From a bacterium (GTDB lineage: Bacteria; Patescibacteriota; Minisyncoccia; Phycocordibacterales; JBBTRF01), in NCBI GenBank assembly GCA_037130265.1, contig JBAXTI010000001.1:394377-458376 (forward strand): a stretch of DNA of 64,000 nucleotides, written 5' to 3'. Every line of letters begins with the position of its first letter. The stretch's first letter is position 1. The notes beneath the pieces are model-generated. The model did no database searches and was not told the DNA's origin. It saw only the letters and a program-made list of their open reading frames with translations. Made by a program: the position numbers and the translations under genes. Shown one piece after another: positions 1 to 9,234 of the stretch.

Positions 1-94
1 CTGGGTCGGATATCCAAAGCCATAATCTCAACATAGTCTCGTCACGTCTCGCTCCAGTCTATTATTCGAAAAAACATTCGTAACTCACATCTTT

Positions 95-1108
95 ATGGAC
101 AAACAATCCCTTCTCGACCTCATCTCTCGACAAGTTGCTGCCGGCACGGTCTCAGCCAACGAAATTGAAGCCGTACTTAGAGCGCAGGTAGGTGGAACAG
201 CTGGAGCAGAAGCCAGTGCTTCGGGTGGCAGTCGCATCAGCGCCACTTCGATCCTCTACAGCATTGGCGGATTGATCCTCGTCATCGGTGTTGGTTCCTT
301 TGTCTTCCGATTCTGGAATGACCTGAGCGGCGTCGTACGTATCGCCATCACTCTCGGACTCGCAGCGGCCACCTATATTGCGGGCGCACTGCTCCGCGGC
401 GACACAGACCACGGCAAAATCAGTCGAGTCCTCTTCTTTGTGAGCGGTATTTTGGCACCGATCGGCCTGCTCGTATCTCTAGACACTGCTGGGATCAACT
501 ACGCCACTTTCGGCTGGTCCGCGACGGTTGCCCTCTTCCTCACGGCAGTCTACGGGGCTTCCCTCTTTATCTTCCGTGGAGTCGAGTTCGCATTTTTCAC
601 GATTGTGTTTGGCACCTGCACTATTTATGCGACGGTCGGCTACTTCCTCGACCTATCAGGCGGCACCAGCATGCTTTCAGATGCGTATAAATACCTCACC
701 ATTGCACTCGGTACCGCATACCTGCTCATTCAATCGACTCTCAGTGGCAAACGCGGCTCAGAGATTGTAGAGGCGCGAGACGAACGAGCTTTCGATAGCT
801 TCCTCACCTTCTTCGGAGCTTCCGGTATCCTCGGCGCTCTTATCGCCCTTAGCGATTGGAGTCCGAAGCAGAGCTTCCTTTGGGAGTTCGTGAGCGTCGC
901 TGCGGTCCTCGGAGGGCTTTACTTAGCAAGCAAGAGCGGCAATCGCACCCTTCTCAAAACCAGCGCACTGTTTGTCTTTATCCTTATTATTCGATTCACC
1001 AGCGAATACTTTGTCCACAGTCTCGGATGGCCAATCGCCCTCATCTTTGCCGGCATCGCCCTTTTGGCAGCTGGATATGGGTTGGTGGCATTGGGAAAGA
1101 AGAAGTAA
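95..1108 (+). CDS. DUF2157-like multi-pass membrane protein
   Basis: 337-aa ORF; short N-terminal soluble region then about 10 hydrophobic helices (ILYSIGGLILVIGVGSF..., LGWPIALIFAG). Confidence 0.7.
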   Translation: MDKQSLLDLISRQVAAGTVSANEIEAVLRAQVGGTAGAEASASGGSRISATSILYSIGGLILVIGVGSFVFRFWNDLSGVVRIAITLGLAAATYIAGALLRGDTDHGKISRVLFFVSGILAPIGLLVSLDTAGINYATFGWSATVALFLTAVYGASLFIFRGVEFAFFTIVFGTCTIYATVGYFLDLSGGTSMLSDAYKYLTIALGTAYLLIQSTLSGKRGSEIVEARDERAFDSFLTFFGASGILGALIALSDWSPKQSFLWEFVSVAAVLGGLYLASKSGNRTLLKTSALFVFILIIRFTSEYFVHSLGWPIALIFAGIALLAAGYGLVALGKKK

Positions 1109-1164
1109 AAGCAAAAACCATTCACTTCTGTCGACACGCCGTAAATCCTTGCAATCATATCAAT

Positions 1165-1620
1165 ATGAAATATTGGTTAATTAAAAGCGAGCCGACATGC
1201 TACTCAATCGATGACTTCGCTCGTGACAAAAAAGCGGGGTGGAGCGGTATTCGGAATTATCAGGCACGCAACTTCATGCGCGACAGCATGCAAGTCGGCG
1301 ACCTCGTGATCTTCTACCACTCGAGCACCAATCCCCCATCGGCGGTCGGTGTAGCGAAAGTGGCGAGTGAGACGTATCCAGATGCCACTGCACAGAACCC
1401 AAAGGACGACCACTTCGACCCAAAGGCCAGCGCGGAGAATCCGATCTGGATGCAAGTAGACATGAAATTTGTCGAAAAATTCCCTACATCGGTGTCAATC
1501 GGCAGCATCAAGGCCAATCCGAAGCTCAAGGGCATTCCATTAACCCAAGTGGGTAGTCGCCTTTCGATACAGCCGCTTTTGGAGAAGCATTTTGTGGAGA
1601 TTTGTCGGATGGGACGATAA
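1165..1620 (+). CDS. EVE domain protein
   Basis: MKYWLIKSEP...WSGIRNYQARNFMRD..GDLVIFYHS...SRLSIQP; start set at ATG 1165. Confidence 0.92.
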   Translation: MKYWLIKSEPTCYSIDDFARDKKAGWSGIRNYQARNFMRDSMQVGDLVIFYHSSTNPPSAVGVAKVASETYPDATAQNPKDDHFDPKASAENPIWMQVDMKFVEKFPTSVSIGSIKANPKLKGIPLTQVGSRLSIQPLLEKHFVEICRMGR

Positions 1621-1707
1621 AAGAGGCCTTCCCCACCGAATTCCTTGCCTTTTCCGCCCTCTTTAGGTATACTCATACTCTCAATTAAATAACGAATATA
1701 AGCTACT

Positions 1708-1980
1708 ATGGCAACCAAAAAGGCCGCGGGATCGGCAAAAAACCTCAGAGATTCGAACCCAAAATACCTCGGTATTAAGCTTTTTGCTGGTGAAAAGGCT
1801 TCTATTGGTTCAATCATCGTCCGACAGCGCGGCACCCGCATTCTCGCCGGCAAGGGCACCGACACTGGCAAGGATCACACTATTTTTGCAATCAAGGAAG
1901 GCAAAGTGGCATTCTCAAGCAAGCGAAAGACCAATTTTGATGGCAGCAACGCGGTGAAGAAGGTGGTCAACGTTATCTAA
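1708..1980 (+). CDS. rpmA: 50S ribosomal protein L27
   Basis: MATKKAAGSAKNLRDSNPKYLGIK...IIVRQRGT...GKDHTIFA. Confidence 0.98.
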   Translation: MATKKAAGSAKNLRDSNPKYLGIKLFAGEKASIGSIIVRQRGTRILAGKGTDTGKDHTIFAIKEGKVAFSSKRKTNFDGSNAVKKVVNVI

Positions 1981-1982
1981 GG

Positions 1983-2091
1983 AAAATCAAAAGACCTTTT
2001 CTCAGGGCACGCGTAAAATCTCTGCTGATATTTTCGCTCACTCTCAGGCCGTCGCCTTCCGAGAGTCCCTTCGAAAAGGTCTTTTGATTTT
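1983..2091. repeat. Structured palindromic element, copy B (19-bp terminal IR)
   Basis: AAAATCAAAAGACCTTTTC / GAAAAGGTCTTTTGATTTT arms enclose two internal hairpins, between convergent rpmA and rplI. Confidence 0.8.
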
Positions 2092-2124
2092 TGTGTCAAT
2101 TCCTACTTCGTAGCACCATACGCA

Positions 2125-2235
2125 CAAAAACCGAAAGCTGTTTTATGAGACCTCTCGCAGACACGTCGGTGTCGAGAGGAGCCAAAATCCTAGCAGGGAT
2201 TTATGGCGTGTCTCAGAAAAAGCTTTCGGTTTTTG
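2125..2235. repeat. Structured palindromic element, copy A (15-bp terminal IR)
   Basis: CAAAAACCGAAAGCT / AGCTTTCGGTTTTTG arms; internal GA-GCC..AGCA..GGC-GT hairpin. Confidence 0.8.
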
Positions 2236-2237
2236 CT

Positions 2238-2678
2238 TTACGCCGCAACGATCACCAGCTTGCACTTCGCCGACTTCCCGCCTGCCACAATTTCAACAGT
2301 GTGCTCACCAACCTCCTTGATTGGCTTATCCAAAGAGATGAACTCAGCATCGATAGCGATGCCGGCCTTGCGGATCTCCGCAGCAATCTCCGCCTTATGG
2401 ATCGAAGAAAACAAATGTCCCTTTGGGTTGGCCTTGGCTACAATATTGAGCTGAAGCGCCTTCACCGCATCGAGATTTTTCACGAGTTCCGCCTCCTCCT
2501 TCTTGCGCTTGTCTGCAATGACCGTTTTCTCCGCCTCCGCGCGCCTTACGACCCCATCTGTCGCAATCGCCACCAATCCCTGAGGAATGAGGCTGTTGAG
2601 CGCGTGACCATCGGCCACATTCTTGATTTCGAATTTCTTACCGAGCTTCGCTACATCTTTCAGGAGTACAACTTTCAT
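2238..2678 (-). CDS. rplI: 50S ribosomal protein L9
   Basis: MKVVLLKDVAKLGKKFEIKNVADGHALNSLIPQGL...PIKEVGEHTV. Confidence 0.96.
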   Translation of the reverse strand: MKVVLLKDVAKLGKKFEIKNVADGHALNSLIPQGLVAIATDGVVRRAEAEKTVIADKRKKEEAELVKNLDAVKALQLNIVAKANPKGHLFSSIHKAEIAAEIRKAGIAIDAEFISLDKPIKEVGEHTVEIVAGGKSAKCKLVIVAA

Positions 2679-2703
2679 ACGGATTTTAGAATTATTTTTA
2701 TAA

Positions 2704-3996
2704 TTACTTCGTCGCAGCGGTACTAGTCGCTGTCTTTTTGGCGAGAGGCACACCGGCCTTGCCGAGCACCACCTGCACCGCCTTGTCCATTTGAGGATCC
2801 TTATGATTATTCACGTCCGCCTCGGTTAAGTCAACTATATAATCTGGTGTAATTCCCTTCTCGGAAATAGAGACGCCGTTTGGTGTATACCACTTCGCAA
2901 TCGTCACTTTCAGATTGGTATCACTCGTGAGCTTGATCAATTCTTGAACCGAGCCCTTGCCGAAGGTCTGTGTACCTACCAATTTTGCCACGCCGTGCTC
3001 ACTAAGCGCTCCGGAAAGGATCTCCGAAGCCGAAGCAGAGCCGCCGTTCACCAAAATCACCATCTTGATCGACTTATCTGCAAAGACGTTGTATCCGAAG
3101 CTTCGTAATGTGTCTTCTGGCTGCTTCGCGCCATAGTTTTCACGAACAACCACGGCTCCCTTTGGCAAAAACCAGCTTGCCATGTCGGTTGCAGCATCTA
3201 GATATCCACCCGGGTTACCTCGGAGATCCAGAATGAGCTTAGTAGAGCCTGAATCAATGAACTTCTGAAGCGCGTCGCGGAAGAGATTCGCCGACGGCGC
3301 AGAGAAGCTGTACAAGCGAATGACGAAGATGCCGTCGGCGCGCTTTTCAGTATCTATCGTCGGAATCTGAATGACCGCGCGGGTGATCTCCACCTCGAAC
3401 GGCAGTTTGCGACCCTGTCGAAAGACGAGAAGTTTCACCACAGTGCCCACCTCGCCGCGAATCAAATGCACCGCGTCTTCGCTCGACATGCCAGAAGTGA
3501 TTTTTTTGTTGATCTCAATGACCTTATCACCACTACGCATCCCCGCTTTCTCGGAAGGAGATCCCTTCAGCGGTGCAATGACAGTCACGATGTTGTCTTT
3601 CAGGCCAATTTCCATCCCAACGCCCCCAAAATTGCCACTCACCTGACTGTCGAAATCCTTCGCCTGGACCGGTGGCATAAAGACAGTGTAGGGATCCTTA
3701 AACGAGCTCGCAAGACCTTCGATCGCACCCCAGACTTTCTCCTGTGCGCCAATATCTTTGGCTGAGACCTGCTTTTCGTTCAAAATACGCCATGCCTTCC
3801 AAAAGGTATTGAAATCCGCTGTATCAGAGACTTCATCGGTCGAATTCATGATCCCTGTGAACTTCGAAACCTCTGGACGATTTTTGTATCCGGCCAAAGT
3901 GCCGAGACCGAAGACAATCACCAACACCAAGGCAATATATATACCGAGCGCGACTCGACTCTTCGCGAAAGCGGTGAATGTTTTGTACGTTTTCAT
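2704..3996 (-). CDS. S41 family C-terminal processing peptidase (CtpA/Prc) with PDZ domain
   Basis: DPYT, FGGVGMEI, LILDLRGNPGG, SASASEI, TFGKGSVQ, GITPD; N-terminal TM anchor. Confidence 0.95.
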   Translation of the reverse strand: MKTYKTFTAFAKSRVALGIYIALVLVIVFGLGTLAGYKNRPEVSKFTGIMNSTDEVSDTADFNTFWKAWRILNEKQVSAKDIGAQEKVWGAIEGLASSFKDPYTVFMPPVQAKDFDSQVSGNFGGVGMEIGLKDNIVTVIAPLKGSPSEKAGMRSGDKVIEINKKITSGMSSEDAVHLIRGEVGTVVKLLVFRQGRKLPFEVEITRAVIQIPTIDTEKRADGIFVIRLYSFSAPSANLFRDALQKFIDSGSTKLILDLRGNPGGYLDAATDMASWFLPKGAVVVRENYGAKQPEDTLRSFGYNVFADKSIKMVILVNGGSASASEILSGALSEHGVAKLVGTQTFGKGSVQELIKLTSDTNLKVTIAKWYTPNGVSISEKGITPDYIVDLTEADVNNHKDPQMDKAVQVVLGKAGVPLAKKTATSTAATK

Positions 3997-4092
3997 GTCG
4001 AGACATTATCGCAAATGCACACCCCGTGGTCAACGAAGAGAAGGCGCGGTATAATTGCATTACGAACGCGCGACAGCGCTCGCACTATTCAT

Positions 4093-5040
4093 ATGATCAA
4101 CACGTACACATACAGAAAGCTCATTTGGATCGACCTCGAGTCTCCCACTAGGGACGAAGTGAAGAAGGTGATGGAGGAATACCACCTTGATCCACTTGTG
4201 GCGCAAGAATTACTCAGCCCGAACCTGAAGCCGCGCATCGAGCGACTGTCGAATTTCCTGTACCTTGTCCTCAACTTCCCCATTGCCAAGCAGGGCGGAA
4301 AAACAAAAGCATCAAAAAAGATCAGCCTTACGGCAAAGAATCGTCTTCAGGAGATAGACTTTTTGATCGGTAAAGACATCATCATTACCGCCAGCTACGA
4401 CGCAATCGACCCGTTGCATCATTTTGCAAAGATGTTTGAGGTCAACTCCGTCCTAGACAAAAGCGAGCTTGGCGAACATGCTGGCTACATCTTCTTCTAT
4501 ATGATGGAAAAGATCTATCAATCCCTCCGCAACGAGCTCGAGGGGATCGACGACCAGCTCATTTGCATCGAGGAAGATATTTTTGCCGAACGTGAGAAGG
4601 AAATGGTCTTTGAACTTTCGACTGTGAGCCGCTCATTGCTCGATTTTAAGAAGGCGCTGTCGCATCATCACGGCATTCTCAACATCTACAGCACCTTGAG
4701 TGAGAACTTCTTCGGTCCCGGCTACGAGTCGCATGCGCGACGGCTGATTGATGAATATGGCAAGATTGAGGCGATCATCCATAGCCAATTCGAACTACTC
4801 GATGAACTTCGTTCTACCAATGATTCACTTTTGACCACCAAACAGAATGAGGTGATGAAATTCTTTACTGTCATCACATCAATCATCTTCTTGGTCGAGC
4901 TTATCATCTCAGTTCTCACCATTAGCCTACCTAACAACCCGTTCTTCCTCGTGGCAGGCAACTACGCGATTACCTTGATCGTCATCGCCGCCTGCTCGTT
5001 TGGCATGCTCGGATTTTTCAAGTACAAGAAATGGCTGTAA
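4093..5040 (+). CDS. CorA-family divalent cation transporter
   Basis: WIDLESPT, EIDFLIG, QNEVMKFFTVIT, C-terminal TMs and FKYKKWL; GMN motif degenerate. Confidence 0.85.
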   Translation: MINTYTYRKLIWIDLESPTRDEVKKVMEEYHLDPLVAQELLSPNLKPRIERLSNFLYLVLNFPIAKQGGKTKASKKISLTAKNRLQEIDFLIGKDIIITASYDAIDPLHHFAKMFEVNSVLDKSELGEHAGYIFFYMMEKIYQSLRNELEGIDDQLICIEEDIFAEREKEMVFELSTVSRSLLDFKKALSHHHGILNIYSTLSENFFGPGYESHARRLIDEYGKIEAIIHSQFELLDELRSTNDSLLTTKQNEVMKFFTVITSIIFLVELIISVLTISLPNNPFFLVAGNYAITLIVIAACSFGMLGFFKYKKWL

Positions 5041-5076
5041 ACATCGAGACGTTTTATCTCACACCACACATTGCCC

Positions 5077-6603
5077 ATGCCTGACATTCGCTTATACAAT
5101 ACACTCAGCAAGCAAAAAGAGGTCTTTACGCCCAGTCATCGAGGATTGGCGGGGATTTTGAGTTCAATTGGTTTTGGCAAAAAAACCGTCACCATGTACA
5201 ACTGTGGACCGACCGTGTACCAATCGCTCCACATCGGCAACTATCGCGCATACATTTTCGCCGACACACTGAAGCGCGCTCTTGAGTTCAATGGGTACAA
5301 TGTGAAGCAGGTTATCAACATCACCGATGTCGGACATCTCGTTGGCGATGGCGACGAAGGCGAGGACAAAATGCAGGTCACGGTGCAAAAGCAACAGCGC
5401 TCTTCCAAGGAGATTTCAGAAGAGTACACACGCGAGTTTTTTGCGGGACTGAAGGCACTGAACATAGAGACCGGTGATAGCAGAGGTGTTGAAGTTGACA
5501 TGAGAAACTCTTTTGGGCCTGACCGCTCCCCCGCCACACAATTTCCTCGTGCGACCGGCTATATTCCGGAACAAATTACCCTCATCGAGCAGCTCGAGAA
5601 ACGCGGCTTCACCTACAAGACGTCCGACGGTGTGTATTTTGATACTTCGAAGTTTCCGCAATACGGCAAGCTTGGAAATATTCACCTCGCAGGTCTCGAA
5701 GAAGGACACCGGGTCACGGCCAATGCCGAAAAGCGCAATCCGACCGATTTTGCATTGTGGAAGTTTTCCAAGGAAACCAAAGAAGGCGCAGCGCCTCATC
5801 GAGACCAAGAGTGGCCATCGCCGTGGGGCGTCGGCTTTCCAGGTTGGCACATCGAGTGTTCGGCGATGGCCATGAAGCTCCTCGGTCCAACCATCGACAT
5901 CCACACAGGCGGCATCGACCACATCCCAACCCACCACAACAACGAGATCGCTCAATCCGAAGCGTCAACCGGCAAATCATTCGCTCGTTTTTGGCTGCAC
6001 GGTGCGCACCTTCTCATTGACGGACAGAAGATTTCGAAGTCGCTCGGCAACACTATTTATTTGAAGGATCTCGCCGCACACGGAGTGACCCCGCTTGGCC
6101 TCCGCTACTGGTTCCTCACCGCCTCATACCGCACGCAGATGAATTTCACCTGGGAAGCCGTGAAGGGTGCACAGACGGCATACGAGCGACTGCTGGAGCA
6201 AGTGCGGGGACTTTCGAAGGCGGGGGGTAGTAAAGTTTCTGGTAACGCGGCTGAGGATGCGGCTCCTACTTACGGTAAGATTTTCACCCAGGCACTCAAC
6301 GATGACCTCAATACCCCTAAATCTTTGGCAATAATTTGGGACATGATGAAGGATACTGAAATGACTAATACGGAAAAATTGGACAGTCTACGTGAGTTTG
6401 ACGGAGTACTCGGATTACATTTATTTATTGCAATCGGTGGACCTGTTCCATTCCCAGCTGAGATCGTTGATCTAAAAAAGGAGCGCGACATCGCCCGCAG
6501 ACAAAGAGATTTTAGGAAGTCTGACGAGCTGCGCGTGACGCTGAGTTCTAAGGGCTACGACATTGTCGATACAAGTACAGAAAGTACATTGATAAAAAAG
6601 TAG
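5077..6603 (+). CDS. cysS: Cysteine--tRNA ligase
   Basis: CGPTVY, HIGN, NITDVGH, DFALWK, PGWHIECSAM, KISKS. Confidence 0.98.
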   Translation: MPDIRLYNTLSKQKEVFTPSHRGLAGILSSIGFGKKTVTMYNCGPTVYQSLHIGNYRAYIFADTLKRALEFNGYNVKQVINITDVGHLVGDGDEGEDKMQVTVQKQQRSSKEISEEYTREFFAGLKALNIETGDSRGVEVDMRNSFGPDRSPATQFPRATGYIPEQITLIEQLEKRGFTYKTSDGVYFDTSKFPQYGKLGNIHLAGLEEGHRVTANAEKRNPTDFALWKFSKETKEGAAPHRDQEWPSPWGVGFPGWHIECSAMAMKLLGPTIDIHTGGIDHIPTHHNNEIAQSEASTGKSFARFWLHGAHLLIDGQKISKSLGNTIYLKDLAAHGVTPLGLRYWFLTASYRTQMNFTWEAVKGAQTAYERLLEQVRGLSKAGGSKVSGNAAEDAAPTYGKIFTQALNDDLNTPKSLAIIWDMMKDTEMTNTEKLDSLREFDGVLGLHLFIAIGGPVPFPAEIVDLKKERDIARRQRDFRKSDELRVTLSSKGYDIVDTSTESTLIKK

Positions 6604-6617
6604 TTTCGGGTTATCAT
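6589..6617 (+). promoter_or_regulatory. sigma70 promoter for sRNA convergent on NYN pseudogene 1
   Basis: TTGATA(6589-94)-17 bp-TATCAT(6612-17). Confidence 0.6.
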
Positions 6618-6623
6618 ATCTTG

Positions 6624-6678
6624 ATTACGACGAAAGGGGTTCCGAACGGCTAATTACCTAAGGAGCCCTTTTCTTTTT
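6624..6678 (+). ncRNA. Putative small RNA antisense to the 3' end of NYN gene 1
   Basis: Promoter upstream; ATTACGACGAAA then GGGGTTCC..GGAGCCC stem and TTTTCTTTTT tract; same layout at 52301-52356. Confidence 0.5.
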
Positions 6679-6972
6679 ATGAGATATAAGACTTTAAGTT
6701 TTCTAAGTACTCGAAACGCTCTGAACCAAGCTCTTTGTACGAAGACGAGGCAAATCTTTTGTTTGGAAAAAGAATCTTTCTAAATTTGGAGAGATTAACT
6801 TGCCATGCAGATCCGCACGAGCAATTTGATAATTGCATTTCTTTAAGCTCGTCTTTCAATCTTTTGGCACATTCGTAACACTTTGTAGTACCGAAATGCA
6901 AATTCTGCCCGTCGACAAAGGCCAGGTTAGGTGTTGAGATTGATTTATGATTCGCAAAATATCTCCTGACAT
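6650..6972 (-). pseudogene. NYN/LabA (PIN-like RNase) pseudogene with internal deletion
   Basis: NLAFVDGQNLHFG N-terminus joins directly to C-terminal ILFPNKRFASS; central D..D motifs missing; leaderless ATG 6972 is out of frame; TAA precedes in-frame KEKGSLGN*. Confidence 0.7.
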
Positions 6973-7082
6973 ACTGTTTATTATACCAAGAGGAACCTAT
7001 CCCCACCCTCTCCACACCTTATTCCCTTTTGGCCCACGCGCAGGCATTGCCCGCCCCCACACCAAGCAGGTAGAATAGCCCA

Positions 7083-8456
7083 ATGGCCACAAATCTCAGA
7101 GTCCCTCCGCAAAACCTCGACGCTGAAAAAGCGTTGCTTGGTTCGATCATGCTCCGCTCGGATGCAATCAACGAGATCAACGACTCGATCAACGACCGCG
7201 TCTTCTACTCCGAAAAGCACCGCATTATTTTTCGATCGATGATGGAGCTCTTCACCAAGAGCACACCGATCGACATGCTCACCCTCACCACTCGCCTCCG
7301 TGAGAACAATCAGCTCGATCAAATCGGCGGCGCCAGCTATATTGGCGAGCTCGCCAATGCTGTCCCCTCTTCCGCCAACATCATCCACTACGGCACCACG
7401 GTGAAGAACAAATTCATGATGCGCCAACTCATTGACGCGTCAGAATTCATCTCTAGCCTCGGATACGACGAATCGGCAGAAATAAATGAGCTCCTCGACA
7501 AAGCCGAGAAGCGTGTCTTTGAAGTGACAAGTTTCGACAACGGCCACAAAGTGGTGGAGATCAAAGATACGCTCAACGAAGCCTGGGAACGTTTCGACAA
7601 GCTCTCGCAAAACAAGGGCGAGCTCCGCGGTGTGCCGACCGGCTTCAAAGAGCTCGACAACAAGCTCTCTGGCTTCCAAGAATCCGACCTCATCATCCTC
7701 GCCGCTCGACCTTCGATGGGTAAGACATCGCTCGCGCTCGACTTTGCCCGCAAGACAGCAATCCTTCACAACACGCCGGTCGCCATCTTCTCTTTGGAAA
7801 TGTCCGCACAGTCGCTTGTGGATCGTATGCTCTCTGCTGAATCTCAGATTGACTCATGGAGTCTGCGCAACGGCAAGATCGCTGCAGAGGAAGACTTCGT
7901 GAAGCTCCGTGGCGCCATGGACCGCCTTTCCCGCGCGCCGATCTTCATCGACGACCAAGCCGGCAACAATATTTTGAAGATGCGTTCTGTCGCCCGCCGA
8001 CTCAAAAAAGATCGTGGTCTCGGCCTCATCATTGTCGACTACCTCCAGCTCATGACCCCGACCCAGACCAAGGGCAGCGACAATCTCGTGCAGCAGACCA
8101 CTGAGATCTCGCGCTCATTGAAACAGCTCGCCAAGGAGCTCAAGGTGCCAGTCATTGCCCTCTCCCAGCTTTCCCGAGCCGTGGAGCAGCGCGGTGGCGA
8201 GCCAAGGCTTTCCGACCTTCGCGATTCCGGATCGATTGAACAGGATGCGGACATTGTTTTGTTCATTCACCGCGAGGACAAATACAACAAGGAGTCTGGT
8301 CGGCCGAACATCGCCAAAATCATGATCGAAAAGCATCGAAACGGTCCGACTGGTGTCGTGGAGCTCTACTTCGACGAAAAGAAGACGACTTTCCAGAGCA
8401 TCGAGAAATCCGACTTCGGCGACTTTGGCGGTGCCGTCGGCGGTGGAGAGTTTTAG
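7083..8456 (+). CDS. dnaB: Replicative DNA helicase
   Basis: PPQNLDAEKALLGS, AARPSMGKT, IVDYLQLM, LSDLRDSGSIEQDAD, KHRNGPTG; no intein. Confidence 0.99.
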   Translation: MATNLRVPPQNLDAEKALLGSIMLRSDAINEINDSINDRVFYSEKHRIIFRSMMELFTKSTPIDMLTLTTRLRENNQLDQIGGASYIGELANAVPSSANIIHYGTTVKNKFMMRQLIDASEFISSLGYDESAEINELLDKAEKRVFEVTSFDNGHKVVEIKDTLNEAWERFDKLSQNKGELRGVPTGFKELDNKLSGFQESDLIILAARPSMGKTSLALDFARKTAILHNTPVAIFSLEMSAQSLVDRMLSAESQIDSWSLRNGKIAAEEDFVKLRGAMDRLSRAPIFIDDQAGNNILKMRSVARRLKKDRGLGLIIVDYLQLMTPTQTKGSDNLVQQTTEISRSLKQLAKELKVPVIALSQLSRAVEQRGGEPRLSDLRDSGSIEQDADIVLFIHREDKYNKESGRPNIAKIMIEKHRNGPTGVVELYFDEKKTTFQSIEKSDFGDFGGAVGGGEF

Positions 8457-8516
8457 GGTATAATCGAGCGGTAAGCGGCGTGGCGAGAGTCGCCTGAACG
8501 GCGCAGACGATTTCAA

Positions 8517-9200
8517 ATGGACACCATCAGCAAACTCATCGAGCAATTCCGGCAGTTTCCGGGCATCGGCCCGCGACAGGCGAAGCGTTTTGTATATTTC
8601 TTGCTCGGACAGAGTGAGGCATACCGGGCACAGCTCGCCACTCTCGTACTCGATCTCAAAAAACAGATACGCGTCTGCGTTTCTTGCCAACGCTTCTTCC
8701 CGATTGGCGTCAAACTATCCGACACCTGCGTGATCTGCGCTGACGTGCGCCGTTCCGAGGAGACACTGCTTGTTGTGTGTCGAGATGTTGATTTTGAAAA
8801 CATTGAAAAAAGCCACACCTACGACGGCAAGTACTTTATCCTTGGCGGCTCGGTCCCAATCTTGGAGAAAAATCCCGAACAGCGCGTGCGTTCACGCGAA
8901 CTCGCGGCACTTGTTGAAAAGATGGCAGACAAGCCAAAATACGACCCTCTTGATCCCGACAACGACCCTGCCGTACCTGAAACCTCAAAAAGCCTCAAGG
9001 AAGTGATTTTGGCTTTCAACCTCACACCGGAGGGCGAACACACCCAGCACTATATACAGGGCATTTTGGCGCCTTTGGTGGCCAAATACCACCTCACCGT
9101 GAGCGTCCTCGGCCGTGGACTCTCCACCGGCCTAGAACTCGAGTATTCCGACAGCGAAACCGTCAAGAATGCGCTGCGCGGGAGACAGAGGAGCGAGTAG
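8517..9200 (+). CDS. recR: Recombination mediator RecR
   Basis: FPGIGPRQAKR HhH, CxxC..CxxC zinc finger, Toprim with EGEHT and GLELEYSD. Confidence 0.95.
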   Translation: MDTISKLIEQFRQFPGIGPRQAKRFVYFLLGQSEAYRAQLATLVLDLKKQIRVCVSCQRFFPIGVKLSDTCVICADVRRSEETLLVVCRDVDFENIEKSHTYDGKYFILGGSVPILEKNPEQRVRSRELAALVEKMADKPKYDPLDPDNDPAVPETSKSLKEVILAFNLTPEGEHTQHYIQGILAPLVAKYHLTVSVLGRGLSTGLELEYSDSETVKNALRGRQRSE

Positions 9201-9203
9201 CAG

Positions 9204-9234
9204 AATTTGAGGTCGCAATTTGCGACCTCAAATT
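9204..9234. repeat. 31-bp palindrome overlapping the ORF6N stop codon
   Basis: AATTTGAGGTCGCA-ATT-TGCGACCTCAAATT. Confidence 0.9.

Noticed and set aside
2091-2726. Long alternative-frame ORFs (2091-2726, 10602-11429, 31919-32908, 44500-45372 and the antisense ORFs over priA)
   Set aside because: These are antisense shadows of confidently identified genes, with no motifs of their own.
5470-5540. Short insertions in core proteins (CysS, RecR, RsmH, RseP, MurA) as coding palindromic elements
   Set aside because: The inserts are neither palindromic nor similar to each other; they look like ordinary loop expansions.
7083-8456. Intein in DnaB
   Set aside because: Length (457 aa) and motif spacing are normal.
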